DNA of 60,000 bases from Felis catus (Eukaryota), in assembly GCF_018350175.1 (NCBI RefSeq), contig NC_058369.1:19160001-19220000 (forward strand), given 5' to 3'. The position numbers and the translations under genes are program-made. The first letter of the stretch is position 1. Each line of letters starts with the position of its first letter. Positions 44,185 to 57,966 of the stretch are shown piece after piece. Under the pieces are notes generated by a model. It was not told the DNA's origin. It searched no databases and was given only the letters and a program-made list of their open reading frames with translations.

Positions 44185-45500
44185 AATTCACTCGTCCAAC
44201 AAATATTTATCAAGATTTCCCACGTGCTAGGCATCCTTCCAGCACCTGTACACACAGCAGTAAACAAAGTGAAGGCCCTTGCCTTCCTTGAGCTTACATT
44301 CTAGGTGTGGGACTGAATTCAGACCAGAAACATGAAACATAATTAGTAAGTTACATTATTTGTTAGAAGATGGTCATACCATAGGTACTAAAATGGCAAG
44401 GTAGGAGCAATAGAGAACAGGGGGTCTGGAGGTGGGTCAAGGTGGCCTTCACTGAGAAAAAATATGCTTTATCAGAGATTTGGAGAGGGAGGAAGTCATG
44501 TGGATGCCTGCAGGGAACATTCCAGCCAGAGGGATCAGCTGGTGCAAAGTTCAGAAGCAGAACATACCTGTGAGAGGAGCAACCAGGAAGTCGTTGTGGC
44601 TGCTGTTGAGTGAGGCAGTAGAGGGAAGGAGGGACAAGTGGGGGCTTTTGAGGGGGGAAGATGTGGGGCCTTGCCAGCCACCATAAGGGCTTTGGATTTT
44701 TTCTCTGGGAAAGGTGAGACCCAACGCCAATTCTTGAACAGAGAAGGGGGCAGGATCTGATTCAACAGCAACTCTGGATTATTCCAGCTGCTACATGGAG
44801 CTTAGACTCTGGGGTGTGGGATGGGGAGCCAAGGGTGACAATGACACACAGGCTATTGCAATTTCAGACAGACATGTCAGGTAGCTCAGCCCAGGTAGTG
44901 GCACAGTTGGGGTGAGATGCTGGACATGTGCTGGAGGTAAAGGCAGCAAAGTTCCCTGATTATTTGGACGTGGGGGTGGAGTGGGGCAGAAACAAGTCTG
45001 GGGTGACTCCAAGGCTGTCTAGGGTCCAAACTGCCACTGCATCCACTGAAGGAGGCAGTTCTTGGGAGGGAGATCAGTTTTGCCCATGAAAAGTCTTAAA
45101 AATCGACTAGATATCAAAGTGGGGATGCCAAGTCGGCCACTGGGTATGTGACTCAAGTTCAGTAGAGTGGCCAGAACTGGACCAGAGTCTGGGAGGCAAA
45201 GCCAGTGGACAGTAGTTAAGGTCAGGGGCCTGGATGAGATGAGGGTGGTGAGTGAAGAGCGAAGGGCAGCAGTCAGGATGGAGCCCTGGAGCGCTCCTAT
45301 TAGGAGATAGGAGAGCCAAGGTGGAATCAGAGAAAGAGCTAAGCAGGGGAGCCAGGAGGAAACAAAGGGGGAAGAGGGCATGTGGGAGCCAGAAGGGAGT
45401 CAAATGCTCAAGGAGGTGAGCATGGAGCTTTAGCTGGGTTCGGCAATGTGTGGGTCACGGCTGTTTTGTGGAGGGAAGGGCAAGCCTGACTGGAGTGGGT
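44185..45500 (-). mobile_element. LINE-2 relic (3' end at left)
   Basis: attcactcgtccaacaaatatttat...gtgctaggc...gccttccttgagcttacattctagg, followed by a long purine-rich L2-like body. Confidence 0.65.
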
Positions 45501-45533
45501 AGAGGAGGAAGAGGTAGGACTGGTAAAACTATA

Positions 45534-45549
45534 ATGTTTTTGTTTTGTT

Positions 45550-45604
<55 letters not shown>

Positions 45605-45765
45605 ATGAGTGGGGGAGGGGCGGGGAGAGGGGAACAAAGGATCCAAAGCGGGATCTCTGCTGACAGGCTGACAGCAGCAAGCCTGATGTGGGGCTCCAAC
45701 TCATGACCCTGAGATCGTGACCTGAGCTGAAGCTGGGCACTTAGATTGAACCACCCAGGCGCCCC
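45534..45765 (-). mobile_element. Can-SINE with long (GA)n and TSD
   Basis: Ends ...ccacccaggcgcccc; aggactggtaa(a/g)acta is duplicated at ~45516 and ~45766. Confidence 0.92.
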
Positions 45766-46749
45766 AGGACTGGTAAGACTACAGACTGGTAAGATCTGTG
45801 TGAAGTGAGGGGAGCAGGACCAACAGAGGCTTTTAGGAAGACTGAGAAGAAGGTACTGAGGAGGAGAGATTGGACCATGGGTGGCAGGTTGGTGAAGGCC
45901 AGGGCTCTAGAGATAGTGGGCTAGAAGACAGTAGCTGGAGGTTGGACAGTTGGCATCAGGGTATACAGGGTGGACACTGCCTGGCCTGGCCAAGCCCTGG
46001 TAGCCAGGGACATGAAGGAGCACATGGAGGGACCCAGAGGACTCATCCAGATGTCTGCCTTGATCTCAGTTTAAAGTCATCCTGCAACTGATTTTCAAAC
46101 AACTTGGAACAGGAATAATTGACTGGAAGTTACTTAGAAAGTGCAGCCCTGGAAAAAATCTGAAAGAATAAAACTGCTTTCAAAACCACATAAGGCTGTA
46201 AACCTGCCCTGCCACGCACAGCAGGACCTGGACAGTATTAGACTGCGACTTGATCCCCCATACCCCCACCCCCAACCCGAGTTCTGCAGAAGGCGGCCTC
46301 TGCTGTCCCCTGGTGGCCAATGGCGGGAGTCTGGGCTGTGCTGTGACCCGCCAGACACCTTGTGGGGCTGGGTGGCTGGAATGGTCAGCTATGGCAGTGC
46401 AGCCAGGCCCTGAGGCTCCAAGGCAGTCCAAAAAGTCCTCCAGCCTGGTGTGTGGGAGGAAGGCAGGCAGGAAGGCTCCAGGCGGGACGTGAAGGGAAAG
46501 GTGGTCAAAAAGGGGCCAGGACCTCAACGTTTGGCATCCTGGGTAGGTGAGCGAGGAGCTGCCAGTCCCACACGTGGGCAGGTCCTCAGAAGGCCAGGCA
46601 GGGACCTCTACAGGGTTGCCTGATCTGGAAGGAAGGAAGGGGCTGAACTCCTAGAGCCACTCTTGACCTAGCCTTCTGAGACCCCCTCCCCACATGCCCG
46701 AACCCCTCTCCTTATCCTGACCAAGTCCACCCTGGGGTCAAACACAACC

Positions 46750-47650
46750 GTCCCCAGGCTGGGCACGAGGGAAAGACACGGGGCCATCCGACCCCGAGGA
46801 AGCCAGGAAGTGGCTGCCCGGGATGGTCCCCCAAATTGGCGCCTGATCTCCGCTGTGAATTTGGGGAGGCGGGAGAGCATCTTGGAACAGAGGGTGGGAA
46901 GGTGCCACGACCAGAGGGAGTGGAAGGCGGCTGTTAGGGCACGTCCTGGGGATGGTCCGAGAGAACGGTCTTCCTCTATGGCTAGGAAGGCCAGGCAGGC
47001 GGGGATCAGGTGAGGGCCACGGGCGCCCCAAGTGGCAGGCAGATGGGCGGAGGCCGGGGCCAGGGTCGGAGACTAAACAAGGCGAGAAAGCAAGCCTGGT
47101 GGGGATATAACCTCGAGTGGCAGCCGGAAGACAGCAGCGGCAGGAGAGGCAAAGGCTGCGCGGAGGCGGAGGAAGTGCTGGGTCGGCCTCGGCTCCCGCG
47201 CTGCGCCTGAGGCACGCCAGAGGGCGCCGCTGCCCCGCGAAACCTTGCCGGGCCTCCGGCGGCCACAGAAGTCCAGCACTCCCGCCTAGAGAGGACCCGG
47301 AAGAGGCGGGGCGCGAGCTCAGAAGCCGCTTCCGGCTTCAGCCCGGCCTGGAGGGCGGAGGGCGCCAGGGCGGGGCGTGGGCCCGAGAACTTGAGGAGCT
47401 GGGTTAAGAAATGGGGAGGTGTGAGGGGGCTGCGCTGCGCGGGGTGGCGGACGGTGGCCGGAGGCCGCGGGGGGCGGGACAGGCGCTGGTCTGCGAGGCT
47501 GCACCCTCGCAGCTCTCTGCCCTGTGCCTGAGCTCTGGGCCTTTTCCGTCGTGAAATACAGTCCTGGGGCTCCTGGGGAGCCTTAGCGCTGCGCGAGCCC
47601 TGGGGGCAGGGCGTAGAGTGCTTCGAGCCGTGGGGAGATGCGAAGGGAAC
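46750..47650 (+). promoter_or_regulatory. CpG island, probable distal/alternative GNAI2 promoter
   Basis: Dense CpG, ETS sites (CCGGAAG at ~47124 and ~47297; CTTCCGG at ~47329), GC boxes, donor-like CAG|GTGAGG at 47009/47010. No CDS. Confidence 0.6.
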
Positions 47651-48062
47651 TCCAGCAGGGAAAGTGGGGAGTGCTTTCCCCTACAAAGGTGGGAAAGCAG
47701 GTGTGAGGCGCGAAGAATCTTTTAAACTAATATTCTTTAAATGTCTATTTGGAGGAGAGGCCAAGTCTGTGGAGAAGGCTGAAAGGGGACCAACCAGCCC
47801 AAACTTGCTAGAAGAAACAGTTCAGCCCAGGTATACATACACCCCACTCCATGTCCCCGGAGCTACCTTCTAGGCGACAAGGGACAACCGTGTCTCCTTA
47901 AGCTTTCCTCCATCACCTTAACCTTCTGCACCATATAGTGAGTGGTCCCCCTCTGTCTCCCTACCTTCTCCCTTCTCCACAGGGGTATTACTCCTCATAA
48001 CTGCCAAAGGGAACTTTAAAATAGCAGGTCATGTCACCCTCCCTTAAAAACCCGCTAGTTGT

Positions 48063-48262
48063 GGGGTGCCTGGGTGGCTCAGTCGGTTAAGCATTTAACT
48101 TAGGCTCAGGGTGTGATCTCATGGTTTGTGAGTTTGAGCCCCACATCAAGCTCTACACTGACAGTGGGGAGATTGCCTCTCTCTCCCTCTTTCTCTGCTC
48201 CTGCCCTGCTCACGTGATCTCTCTCTCAAAATAAATTAATTAATTAAAAAAAAAAACAAAAA
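48063..48262 (+). mobile_element. Can-SINE
   Basis: ggggtgcctgggtggctcagtcggttaagc...gagtttgagccc...(CT)n, A tail; aaaaaccc(g)ctag flanks. Confidence 0.9.
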
Positions 48263-49224
48263 CCCTAGCTGTTAAAACAAAACGTTAGTTGTTTCCATCA
48301 CAATTAAATTTGGAATAAAATCTAAACTCGGCCTTGATGATCTGGCGCCTGCTGCCACCCCCTGGTGCTAGCCCACAGCCTGGACATCTGACATCCCATG
48401 GTGGCCTAGAACCTTTGCTCTGGCTGATAGCGTCCTAAAAACTTTCTTCCAGCAGCCTGAAGCAGGCCCCAGCCAGGCTCATTCCTCTGCGTAGTTAGCT
48501 TCAGTAGTAGCATCTGCTCCATGCAGTGTGGCAGAGCAATGTCCCCTACTCCCAGGACTCAGTGGCCAGCATCCCTCCCAGGACAAGTCCCCTTTCTCTT
48601 GCCCCTCTACTCCCAGTTACCATCAGCAGGAAGCCCCTGAGCCCAGGTGGCTGGGCCTTGGAGGCACCTCATGGGCTGCTTGCTTTTGCATCACCTTCAT
48701 TAGGCTGTTTTTGCTCCTTCATTAAATTAAATTCCAGGAAGCATTGCTAATGAAGGCCCTAACAAGTCGCGGGAGAGGCTACCAGCCCCAGCCTTTGGAC
48801 AGCATGACACGGAGGGCTGCAACAAGGTGAACAGAAGAGTGGCTCCTGGGGATAGGCTGATTATCATTTCCCAGGCCCTCTGAGGACCCTGGGTTTCTTG
48901 GGGAGCTGGCCTTTAGAGGCTGTGTATGTGGCAGACACAGTAGCGAGTTGGACCATGAGCTCTTCAAGGGGAAGGAGGGGGGCTGAGCTCAGACTTGGCC
49001 ACCAAGCCCCAAGGGCTCCCTGGACAGTTCTCCCCTACTCAGTAGCAGCTTGAGTGCCAGGACCAGTTGTATTTGCAAGGCCAGGCATGGGTCACTGGCC
49101 TAGAGATGCTGATGCCTGCTGCAGGCTCAGATGTACCCTTACCTCAGCATCTCTTAGGGACTTGGGAACTCCTTGACTGCCCTACTCAGTGAAGCCCCAT
49201 GGCAGTCTTCTCTCACATCACAAT

Positions 49225-49575
49225 ATGTACCTCTTGCTCTTGCTATTCTGGCCAAGCTGACCTCCTTTCTGTTCTAGGAACACCCTGTGTCTTTCTACCC
49301 CAGGGTCTTTGCACTTGCTGTTACCTCCACCTATTACTCTCTTGGCTTATCACACTGTTGGTCTCTTATCATTTGAAGATCTTCTTCTCAGACTGTTACT
49401 CCTGTGTACACTCCCAGTGGCTCTCTTGTCACCCTGTTGATTTCCTCTGAAACTGTTTTTGTTTCCCTGTTTACTTGTTTGGCATGTGCTCCTGAAGGGC
49501 AGGGTCCCAGCTGCCTCTCTCTCCCTAGGGTTCTCAGCACAGTGGCACAGTAGACAATGGGTGAGTAGATGACTC
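49225..49575 (+). mobile_element. LINE-2 3' fragment
   Basis: ctgacctcctttctgttctaggaacac...ctttgcacttgctgtt...cagcacagtggcacagtag. Confidence 0.55.
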
Positions 49576-51529
49576 ATCTTCTCAGACCCTCCTGTCCCCA
49601 TGTTAGGTGGAGCCCCCTACCCCATCCAGAAACTTCTGGCCTGAGTTCTTCATGCCAAAGCCAATTATCTTTGAAGGAGGCAGATGACCAGGAAGGGGGA
49701 CCCTGGACTCCAAGACCTCCCAGGCTTGGAACTGTTTCTCTGGAGGGAAGAGAAGCCTGGGAAGAGAGGTTTGAAAGGAAGGGGCAGAGAGGGAAGGGTA
49801 CCTGACTCCAATCTCAAAACTGCTTCTGGGCTAAGAAGCAGGAAGGGGGAAGTGCAGGGGATGTACCCAAGAGGTGGAGCCTGGCTCAGGGCTGCAGGGA
49901 GGGAGCCAGCTCTGGCCACTGAGATCTACAAGCAGAAGCTGCTGAAGCCCTATCTGCAAGGCCTGTGATTTGGTGATCAGAGTTGCTGGGGACTGCCACC
50001 TGGGAGCTATGGAAGTGGGGTGGTCAGGACCCTGGACTTTGGGTATCCCTGTAGGGTCCTGCCTGTTCCTGGACTCTGAATGAGGGCAGACACACCCACC
50101 CCGAAACTGTCTTTGAGGAAGTACTCATAGCTTCCCCTTCCTGGAGCCTGTGGGCTGGGGTGTCATGGCCCACTGAGGGGGTCTCCATTCCTCACCCTGC
50201 TCAGCCTGGTGCATGGTAGGAACTCAGTACAAGCTGCACCTGCTCTGTGGAGTGTGGTGAGCCCCAGGACTATTCTAGCTGTCAGAGTGAGCAAGGGAGT
50301 TGAGTGAGCCGGCAGCTGCCACTTCTCCATTCTGGCCAGAGTGCTGTCCTCAGTTCTGCTGGCTGTCATTTCACTGTCTTTATGGTCTAGTCCAGGTGGT
50401 GCTGGACCAGTGTGCACAGAGACAAGTCCTGCCTCCTTTGGGGCCCATGAGGCCCTGGCTAGGCAGCTATCCTCTGCTCCCAAAATGACATCTCTCAAAA
50501 GGACTCCTGGGTTCCCAAACGGGAGGGAAGCAAGCTGTCCGTGTTGTCTCTGGATGACCATGGATGGGTCCCAGCCCCTTCTGATTCTCAGTTGCCTCAG
50601 CTGTAAAGCAATGGGGTTTCTCCAGCTCTGACCCTTGATTTTCTCCCTGGCCCCTCCCCAAACCTGGTCTCACAGTTTCACCTCCAGATTCCCTGTTCCT
50701 GCCACATTCTTCCTCAGCTCTCTCCTCCCTCTGCCACTCCCCACATCACTTCCACTAAGAAGCCTCCTTCCCAGGCACAATTAGTTCCTGCCTTCTCTGC
50801 ACATACAATAATGGCAAATACTGTTATAGTGGCAGCAGGATTAGTTGTTTACAGCTTTCCCAGTTCCAGGAGGTGGGGGGAGGGGGGAAGGGGGAGAACC
50901 CCTGGAAAGGTTGGGGGAGAGTTTGTGTGATTCATTCATTTCATTTGACAGATATTTACCTGTACCCTCAAGGATTATTCTGGGCCTGGAAACAGAGACC
51001 CAGATGGAAGAGACTCACCACCAAGACAGTGGGATCTGGGCCTGGGGTGGGGAAAGCTCCAGGACAGTGGAGTCCTAGAGGCCCAACTCACAGCCGTGGA
51101 ATGAGAGATAGGGAGGAGGAATGAGTGGAGAGGGATCAAGGAGAGGAGCAAGAGGATGGAGTGAACAAGGTCAGTCAGATGGCTTGAGTGTGGATATGTT
51201 AAGTGGGGGGAGATCAGGTGGACCTTGGGTGGGGACAGGGCCTTGCAGAGATTACTATCATAGGACTCATCCCTACTTAGAGTTTTCCATGTGCCACTCA
51301 CATGGAAACATTTTACATTTTACTTTCATTTCCTCCCTTAGTCCTGACCTTAGCCACTGCAGTGGGTTGATGTTACTGTTAGGCTCATTTACTGATAAGA
51401 AAACGGAGAAACAGGGAGTTTCTGGTATTTCTCCAAAGTAACATGCAGCTAGTAAGTTTGTAGACTGCTCCTCAGAGTTCTTGCTGTCAGTTGTCCCTCT
51501 ACCACGTCTACTTCCTACGCAATCCAAAC

Positions 51530-51960
51530 CAGAATGTCTGGGTTTTATCCTCAGGGCACTGTGAAGCCACAGAAGGTTTATGAGCAAGAGAGTGATGTGA
51601 TTTCTTTCAGCAGGATCCCTTGGCTGCCATGTAGAGGATGGATTGTAGAAGAAAGATGAGAGCCAGGGAGGAGGCTGGAGGCCCATGAGAAGAGACAGAG
51701 AACAGAGACACATGTGAGGTGGGGGTTGAGGAGGGGAAGAAACTGACAGGGTGGAGGGGTGGGGGGGGGGCTTGCTCTGGCTGGTGAGAGACCACAAAGT
51801 GGAGAGACCAGGAGCAGGGGGGACTGGAGGTGCCTAAAGTGTCTAGGGGAGGTTTCAGAGCAGTGATGGACATGGGGCTGGTGATTAGGGGAGAAGCTGG
51901 GCTGGAGATGACAGAATAGGATTCAGAGCCCCAGGAATGGAAGGGAGGCATGTGAATGGA
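51530..51960 (-). mobile_element. LINE-2 fragment
   Basis: ggttttatcctcagggcactgtgaagccacagaaggtttatgagcaagagagtgatgtgat...ggctgccatgtagaggatggattgtag. Confidence 0.5.
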
Positions 51961-53449
51961 GTGGCAAGCAGAGGCCTAGCCCTACCCTTGGGGCCCCCAT
52001 GGAGATGGAGAGGGGGAAGCTGGGAGGGGTGGAATAGGGTTGCTGGACACTTTAGGAAGAACGAATAATTAGAGGGAGTGACTATCAGGTGGAAGTGTGC
52101 AAGGACGACACAGCCTGGCCTGAGGCTGGAGGAGGACATGCCTCCCTGTGGCCCTGTCCTGCCCTGCCTCCATCGATTGGGGTCTGTGTCTGCCCACCTC
52201 TGGTGAGCCTGGCCTCCAAGGGGCTGACAGGTTCTCCCCGTTGCTCAGCAACTGCAAGAGCTGTTGGCTGTTGCTAGGAGCCAGCTGGGGAGGCCCAAGG
52301 AGGTAGGATCAGCTCTCAAATGTGGGGCGGGGCTGATGGGGGAAAGAGGCCTGCCTTGGAGCTGGGTTTGTAGCCTATGTGTGGACAGGCTGTGTTTTTG
52401 ACTGTGTGCACCCATTTTATAGTGGGTTCTATGGATTTGAGACATGTTGGAGGTTGGTCCTATGACTTAATGAATAGTGCATATCTCTGAGTGTCTGTGT
52501 TCCTGGATGGCCATTATATGTTTTCACCATGTTTGCTGCATGTTTGTGGCAGAGCCTGCCTGAGCTTTGGCTCTAGGCAGGAGAGGATCCTCGGAGAACC
52601 ATTGGAAGACCTATAGTCCAATGATTGCTCCTCAACAAGGGAGCCATTCAGATAGGGATCCACAGACAGTCCACGGAGAGCAGACAGCTGAGGATTTGGA
52701 GCTGAAACAAGATGTGTGGCAGGGTGGTAAGGAAGGAGTCTATGCTGAACAGGGGGTCTGTGGGTGGCCAGCTCCCTTCCTGGCTTTGTGGACCTTGTCT
52801 TTGGGCGGGGCCTCCTCGACTCACAGCATTGGGGCCACACAAGAATCTTCGTGGGTAACCCTTGGCAGACTCTTTCACTGATAGTCCATTGGAGGTCAGG
52901 GCTGTGGGCTCTTCTTGAACAGTATTAGAAAGACTGCAATGTTCTGCTAGAAACAATGCTGCCTCCACTCCACCTTTGCCCAGCCATAGGGTTGCAGCCA
53001 CTGTCCAGTAGGGACAGGTCATAGGGTCAGGGCCACTTATCTTTCCATAAGTCAGGTGGACCTCTCCTTCTTGCCCGCTGCCTCTCTCTCTCTCCCTGTC
53101 TCTCGGTCTGGTTGCCATGTCCCAGGCTGAAGTCCAGGATGCCTACATGCAGGAGAAGGCCTCCTAGATCAGAGAAGGATGGATAAAGCCTTGTGTGACA
53201 AGAGGAGGCACCCTGGCTGAGGGAGATAGCTTGGGCAAAGGTGTAGAGGTGGCAGTAGACATTTTTTAAACTGCAACTCGAGAGAGAAGGGGCCAAACTC
53301 GCCATAAGACAGAGAAAGCCGAAGTTTAGAGAGGCTCCGGGGCTCCGTAGATCCTGAAACAAGTTTATTGGGTTCAATAACTTTAACAAGAGAGAAGACA
53401 CGCCTCCTTCATCCAGCTAGCCCGTCTCGCTTAAGCTCCAGGGCTGATT

Positions 53450-54260
<811 letters not shown>

Positions 54261-57059
54261 TAGACCTCTGATTCGTAGCCCAGACTCTAGGTCAGACCCT
54301 TAACTCCTGGCAGACCCCAAGCCCCCAGACTCAGAGCCCTGCCTGACCATCCACCCTTGCTGACCAACCTCACAGACCCTCAGAGTCCCTGCCTTGTCTT
54401 CCATCCTTCCCTAGACTTCACTCAAATCCCCGGAACCCCTTGCTTTGGCCCCCACCTTAGGCACCACCTGTTTCCCTCACCTGCTCCCCTGGGCATGAAT
54501 TGGGCATGAACATCCCTGGGGCCCCTGCCAGGCCCCCACCCACTCCTTCCTTTCCCCTCTTGCCCTGTCCCTACTCTGAACCCTGTATCCACCTGTGCAC
54601 CCTGACATCAAGGGACCTCTCAAGTGGAAACCATGATTGCTCATGAGCCCTCTCTCTAGCTGGAACCCCCAAACCTTTAGAGATCTTTGCGACCTGCATC
54701 TGGCTCACCAGGTCCCACTCTGCACACATTACTCCTCAAACCCCTCTGCTCCTCCTCCCTGAGTCCTCTCCCACACTTTGGTCTACCTCTGATTCCCCTA
54801 CCCCTCCTGCACTAGGTGGACGGGGTCGAGCTGGGAGGAGGGGCCCAGACTAAGGGGCTGGACTGAGGTTCTACTGGTCTCACTGAGGGAGGGAGCCAGG
54901 CCTCAAGCTTCCCAGGGAGATTCCGCGGGCTGGCTGTTTCCCAGTTTCTAAGCCCTATCTGGGCCAGTGAGGGGGGCGTCTGGGGAGTAGGATGGAGTGT
55001 GAGTGTGGAGGAGTTTGGGTTGTGGCGCCTCCAAGGCCAGGAAAGATGGTGGCTGCTTGAGGGGTGGGGGGAAGTGGAAGTGGTGAGACAGCCGACATAT
55101 TGCTGCCCTGCCGGGCGGGCCAAGAAGATGTGCTGACGGGTACTGGGCTTCCTGCACCCTTTCTGCGCCGAAAGGCCAAGGACTTGGCCTCTGGGAGTGG
55201 GTGGGCCTGTCACATCTTGAGGCCCTGTGAGGGGGAAGTGGTGGGCCAGCTGGATGAGGAGTTGGGGGCCAACTGGAATTGGGGGGCATCTGAGGTGGAC
55301 TTTTGCAAAGACTGTGCTCCTGATAGTTGTCCCCGTCCGGCCTTCCTCTGGGAGCAGGTGGCAGCCTGATTCTGGGGTTTCAGGGCTCGGGGGAGACAGG
55401 CCCTCGTAGCAGCATTGGAGGCTGGACAGTGTATGTGGGGGGGTGTGGCCCCTCAGCCTCACAGCCGCTGTGGGGTCCTCAGGCTGTGAAAAGCAGAGCT
55501 TTCCTGGCTGAGTGTCTGGCCAAGGGACGGACAGCGTGTCTTCCGTCCTGAGCCCATCTGTTGACTGTCCCTGGGGGCCTGGCCTCAGGGGCACAGCCCA
55601 GAGGTTTCAAAATGGCATCCGCTCCGCCGCCGCTGCGGGTAGGAAGAGAAGGGGCGGGAAGGGGCGGCGGCCCAGCCTCCTGGGCTGTTTTGCGTTGGGC
55701 GCTTGCCTCTTCCTGTCTTCGCATCGAGTGCGGCAGCACCAGTTGAGTGGGTGTCGCCGCGGTGGAGGGCACGTCGCTTCTGCCCGATGGGCCTGGGTAG
55801 GGTGTTTTCGGTACTCCTGTCTCCTGGTGCCCACCCAGGGGCCACTGGGCAGCCCCTTCCCAGGCGGATCAGCTGAGGAGATGTGTGACTGGGCCATAGG
55901 ACCGGGGTACATGGGGCTCCTGGCCCTCTGTGTCCCAACCCCATTCCACTAGTCTTGCTCAGTAGAGCTTGGTTCAGATTTTGGGCCTAGCAGCCCCTCC
56001 TACACTGGGCTGGCAGCAACCAGGGGTGCAGGGTCTGGCTCAGCATTTTCTAGGCTGGGGAGTTCATCTCAGCATCTTGCTCCTCTGGCCTTTGCTTCCT
56101 CTGTTGAATGGGCTTCCTGGGTTTGGGCCAGAGGAGTGCTGGGCCCAGGATGGGGAGAATAGGGGCCTCATGGAGGTTCCTGTTGGGGGTGGGGGATGGG
56201 ATCTAAGACCCTGCAGAGGGTGTACTGCAAGGGGCCGGGAGATCTAGATCTGCCTGAAACCGGGGACCCAATCTGCATTGGCTGCCTAGGTAGGGGAACT
56301 GGCCAGCCATCCCTTTCCCGTCCAGGTACAAGGAAGTGATGGGAGCCCAGGCGGAGCAGCTTCAGAGTGCTGGGCGCCTGTCCCACGTAGCGGGAAGAAC
56401 TCTGTCCAGGCAACGGGACTCAGGTTGGGCAATTGCCAGCCTTCCCTTTCAGCCAGAACCACGCCTGCTGCCCCACCCGCATACTGGCTCCTTGCCCTCC
56501 TGGGTAGCCCTGCTGGCGGATGGGCACCAGGGGCAGAGGCAGATGTGGTACACACCGGTGAGAGCGATTTTCCTAGCAGCTTGTCATGAGGGGGCGCTGG
56601 GGCAGAACTCCTGATACCAGCCCTACTTCAGGGACACCTCTCTCTGCCCCCCAGTTCAACTTGACTGACCCACTATCCCAGGTGGAATTTGGGGCCTTGG
56701 GCTGGGCACTTAAGGGAAAGGAAGCCAGAGTGTGTGTTTGGGGGGGTGTCTCTGATTTGGGATGGGCTTGTGTGGGCAGCCTACAGAGAGAGGAGAGACT
56801 GTCCCCTCATGGGCTCCATGAAGGCTTCAGGGTATAAATACAGCCCTTCTCTCTTGCCCCTGGGACTGTGTGTCTGCTCTCCTAGCTTGGCATGCATTTT
56901 CCTTCTTTCCATCTAACTCACTCCTGCTTGACTGTTCTTCAAGACTCTGCTCCGGGACCACCTCCCAGGACCCTTCCTTGACAGAGGCTGCTGAAGCCCC
57001 TCCTGTGGCTCCTGGTGCTACTGCTTCCTTCCCCCATCAGAGAGTGGGATTTGCCTGGG

Positions 57060-57182
57060 TGACAGCTGTCCTTCCTTGAGACTACAGGGGCAGAGCTGTG
57101 TCCTGTTCATTTCTGTGCCTTCTATGCCAAGCATGGAGCCTGGCATCTATTGAGTGCTTCTTGTCTGTTTGTTGAATGAAGG
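57060..57182 (+). mobile_element. LINE-2 3' end
   Basis: gagcctggcatctattgagtgcttc...tgtttgttgaatgaa. Confidence 0.6.
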
Positions 57183-57737
57183 AAGTACTACTAGTCTGAA
57201 CTCAGTCTTGGGGGTAGATGGGTAGATGGAGGAGTAAGATGGCGGTCACTGAACCTGATATATTGTGGGCGGGTGGCAAGGGCTCAGTGTTGGGATCGAT
57301 GACAGGGATGGGGTCTGGCAGACACCGAGAGAAAAGTTCTTCAGGCTGTTTCTTCCTGAACTCCCCACCTGCCTGACTGGCTCCTCAGAGACAGCCCTTA
57401 ACCCACCCTGTGCAGAGCTCTAGCTGATGAGTCTGTAGCCTGTCATAGGGCAGAGCATGCAGTGGGGATTCCACCCGTTTATATGAGAGTGGTTTTACAT
57501 GCTTCCTTTCAGCTCGGGCTGTTTGGGGCCTGCTGCGGGCCTGCTGTCTCTGCTGTTCCAGTAGAGCCTATTTAGCTCTCAGAGCTGGGCTGCCCCACAG
57601 CCCTGGGGCTCAGGCCAGAGCACTGCTGCAGAAGATCTTGGCCTGTCCAGTTCAGGGACTGCACATACCAAGCCTCGATTAGGTTTACCAAAAGAAAAGG
57701 AAAGGAGTGTTGTGGTGTCTGTCCCATCTGTGTTTCT

Positions 57738-57966
57738 TTTTTTTTTTTTTTTAATTTTTTTTTCAACGTTTATTTATTTTTGGGACAGAGAGAGACAGAG
57801 CATGAACGGGGGAGGGGCAGAGAGAGAGGGAGACACAGAATCGGAAACAGGCTCCAGGCTCTGAGCCATCAGCCCAGAGCCCGACGCGGGGCTCGAACTC
57901 ACGGACCGCGAGATCGTGACCTGGCTGAAGTCGGACGCTTAACCGACTGCGCCACCCAGGCGCCCC
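57738..57966 (-). mobile_element. Very young felid Can-SINE (SINEC_Fc-like) with 14-bp TSD
   Basis: TSD ccatctgtgtttct at 57724-57737 and 57967-57980; long poly-T; CpGs largely intact. Confidence 0.96.

Noticed and set aside
52440..53000. Possible ERV-internal or LTR relic (also 43690-43900)
   Set aside because: Composition is suggestive, but no recognisable ORF or motif; needs RepeatMasker.
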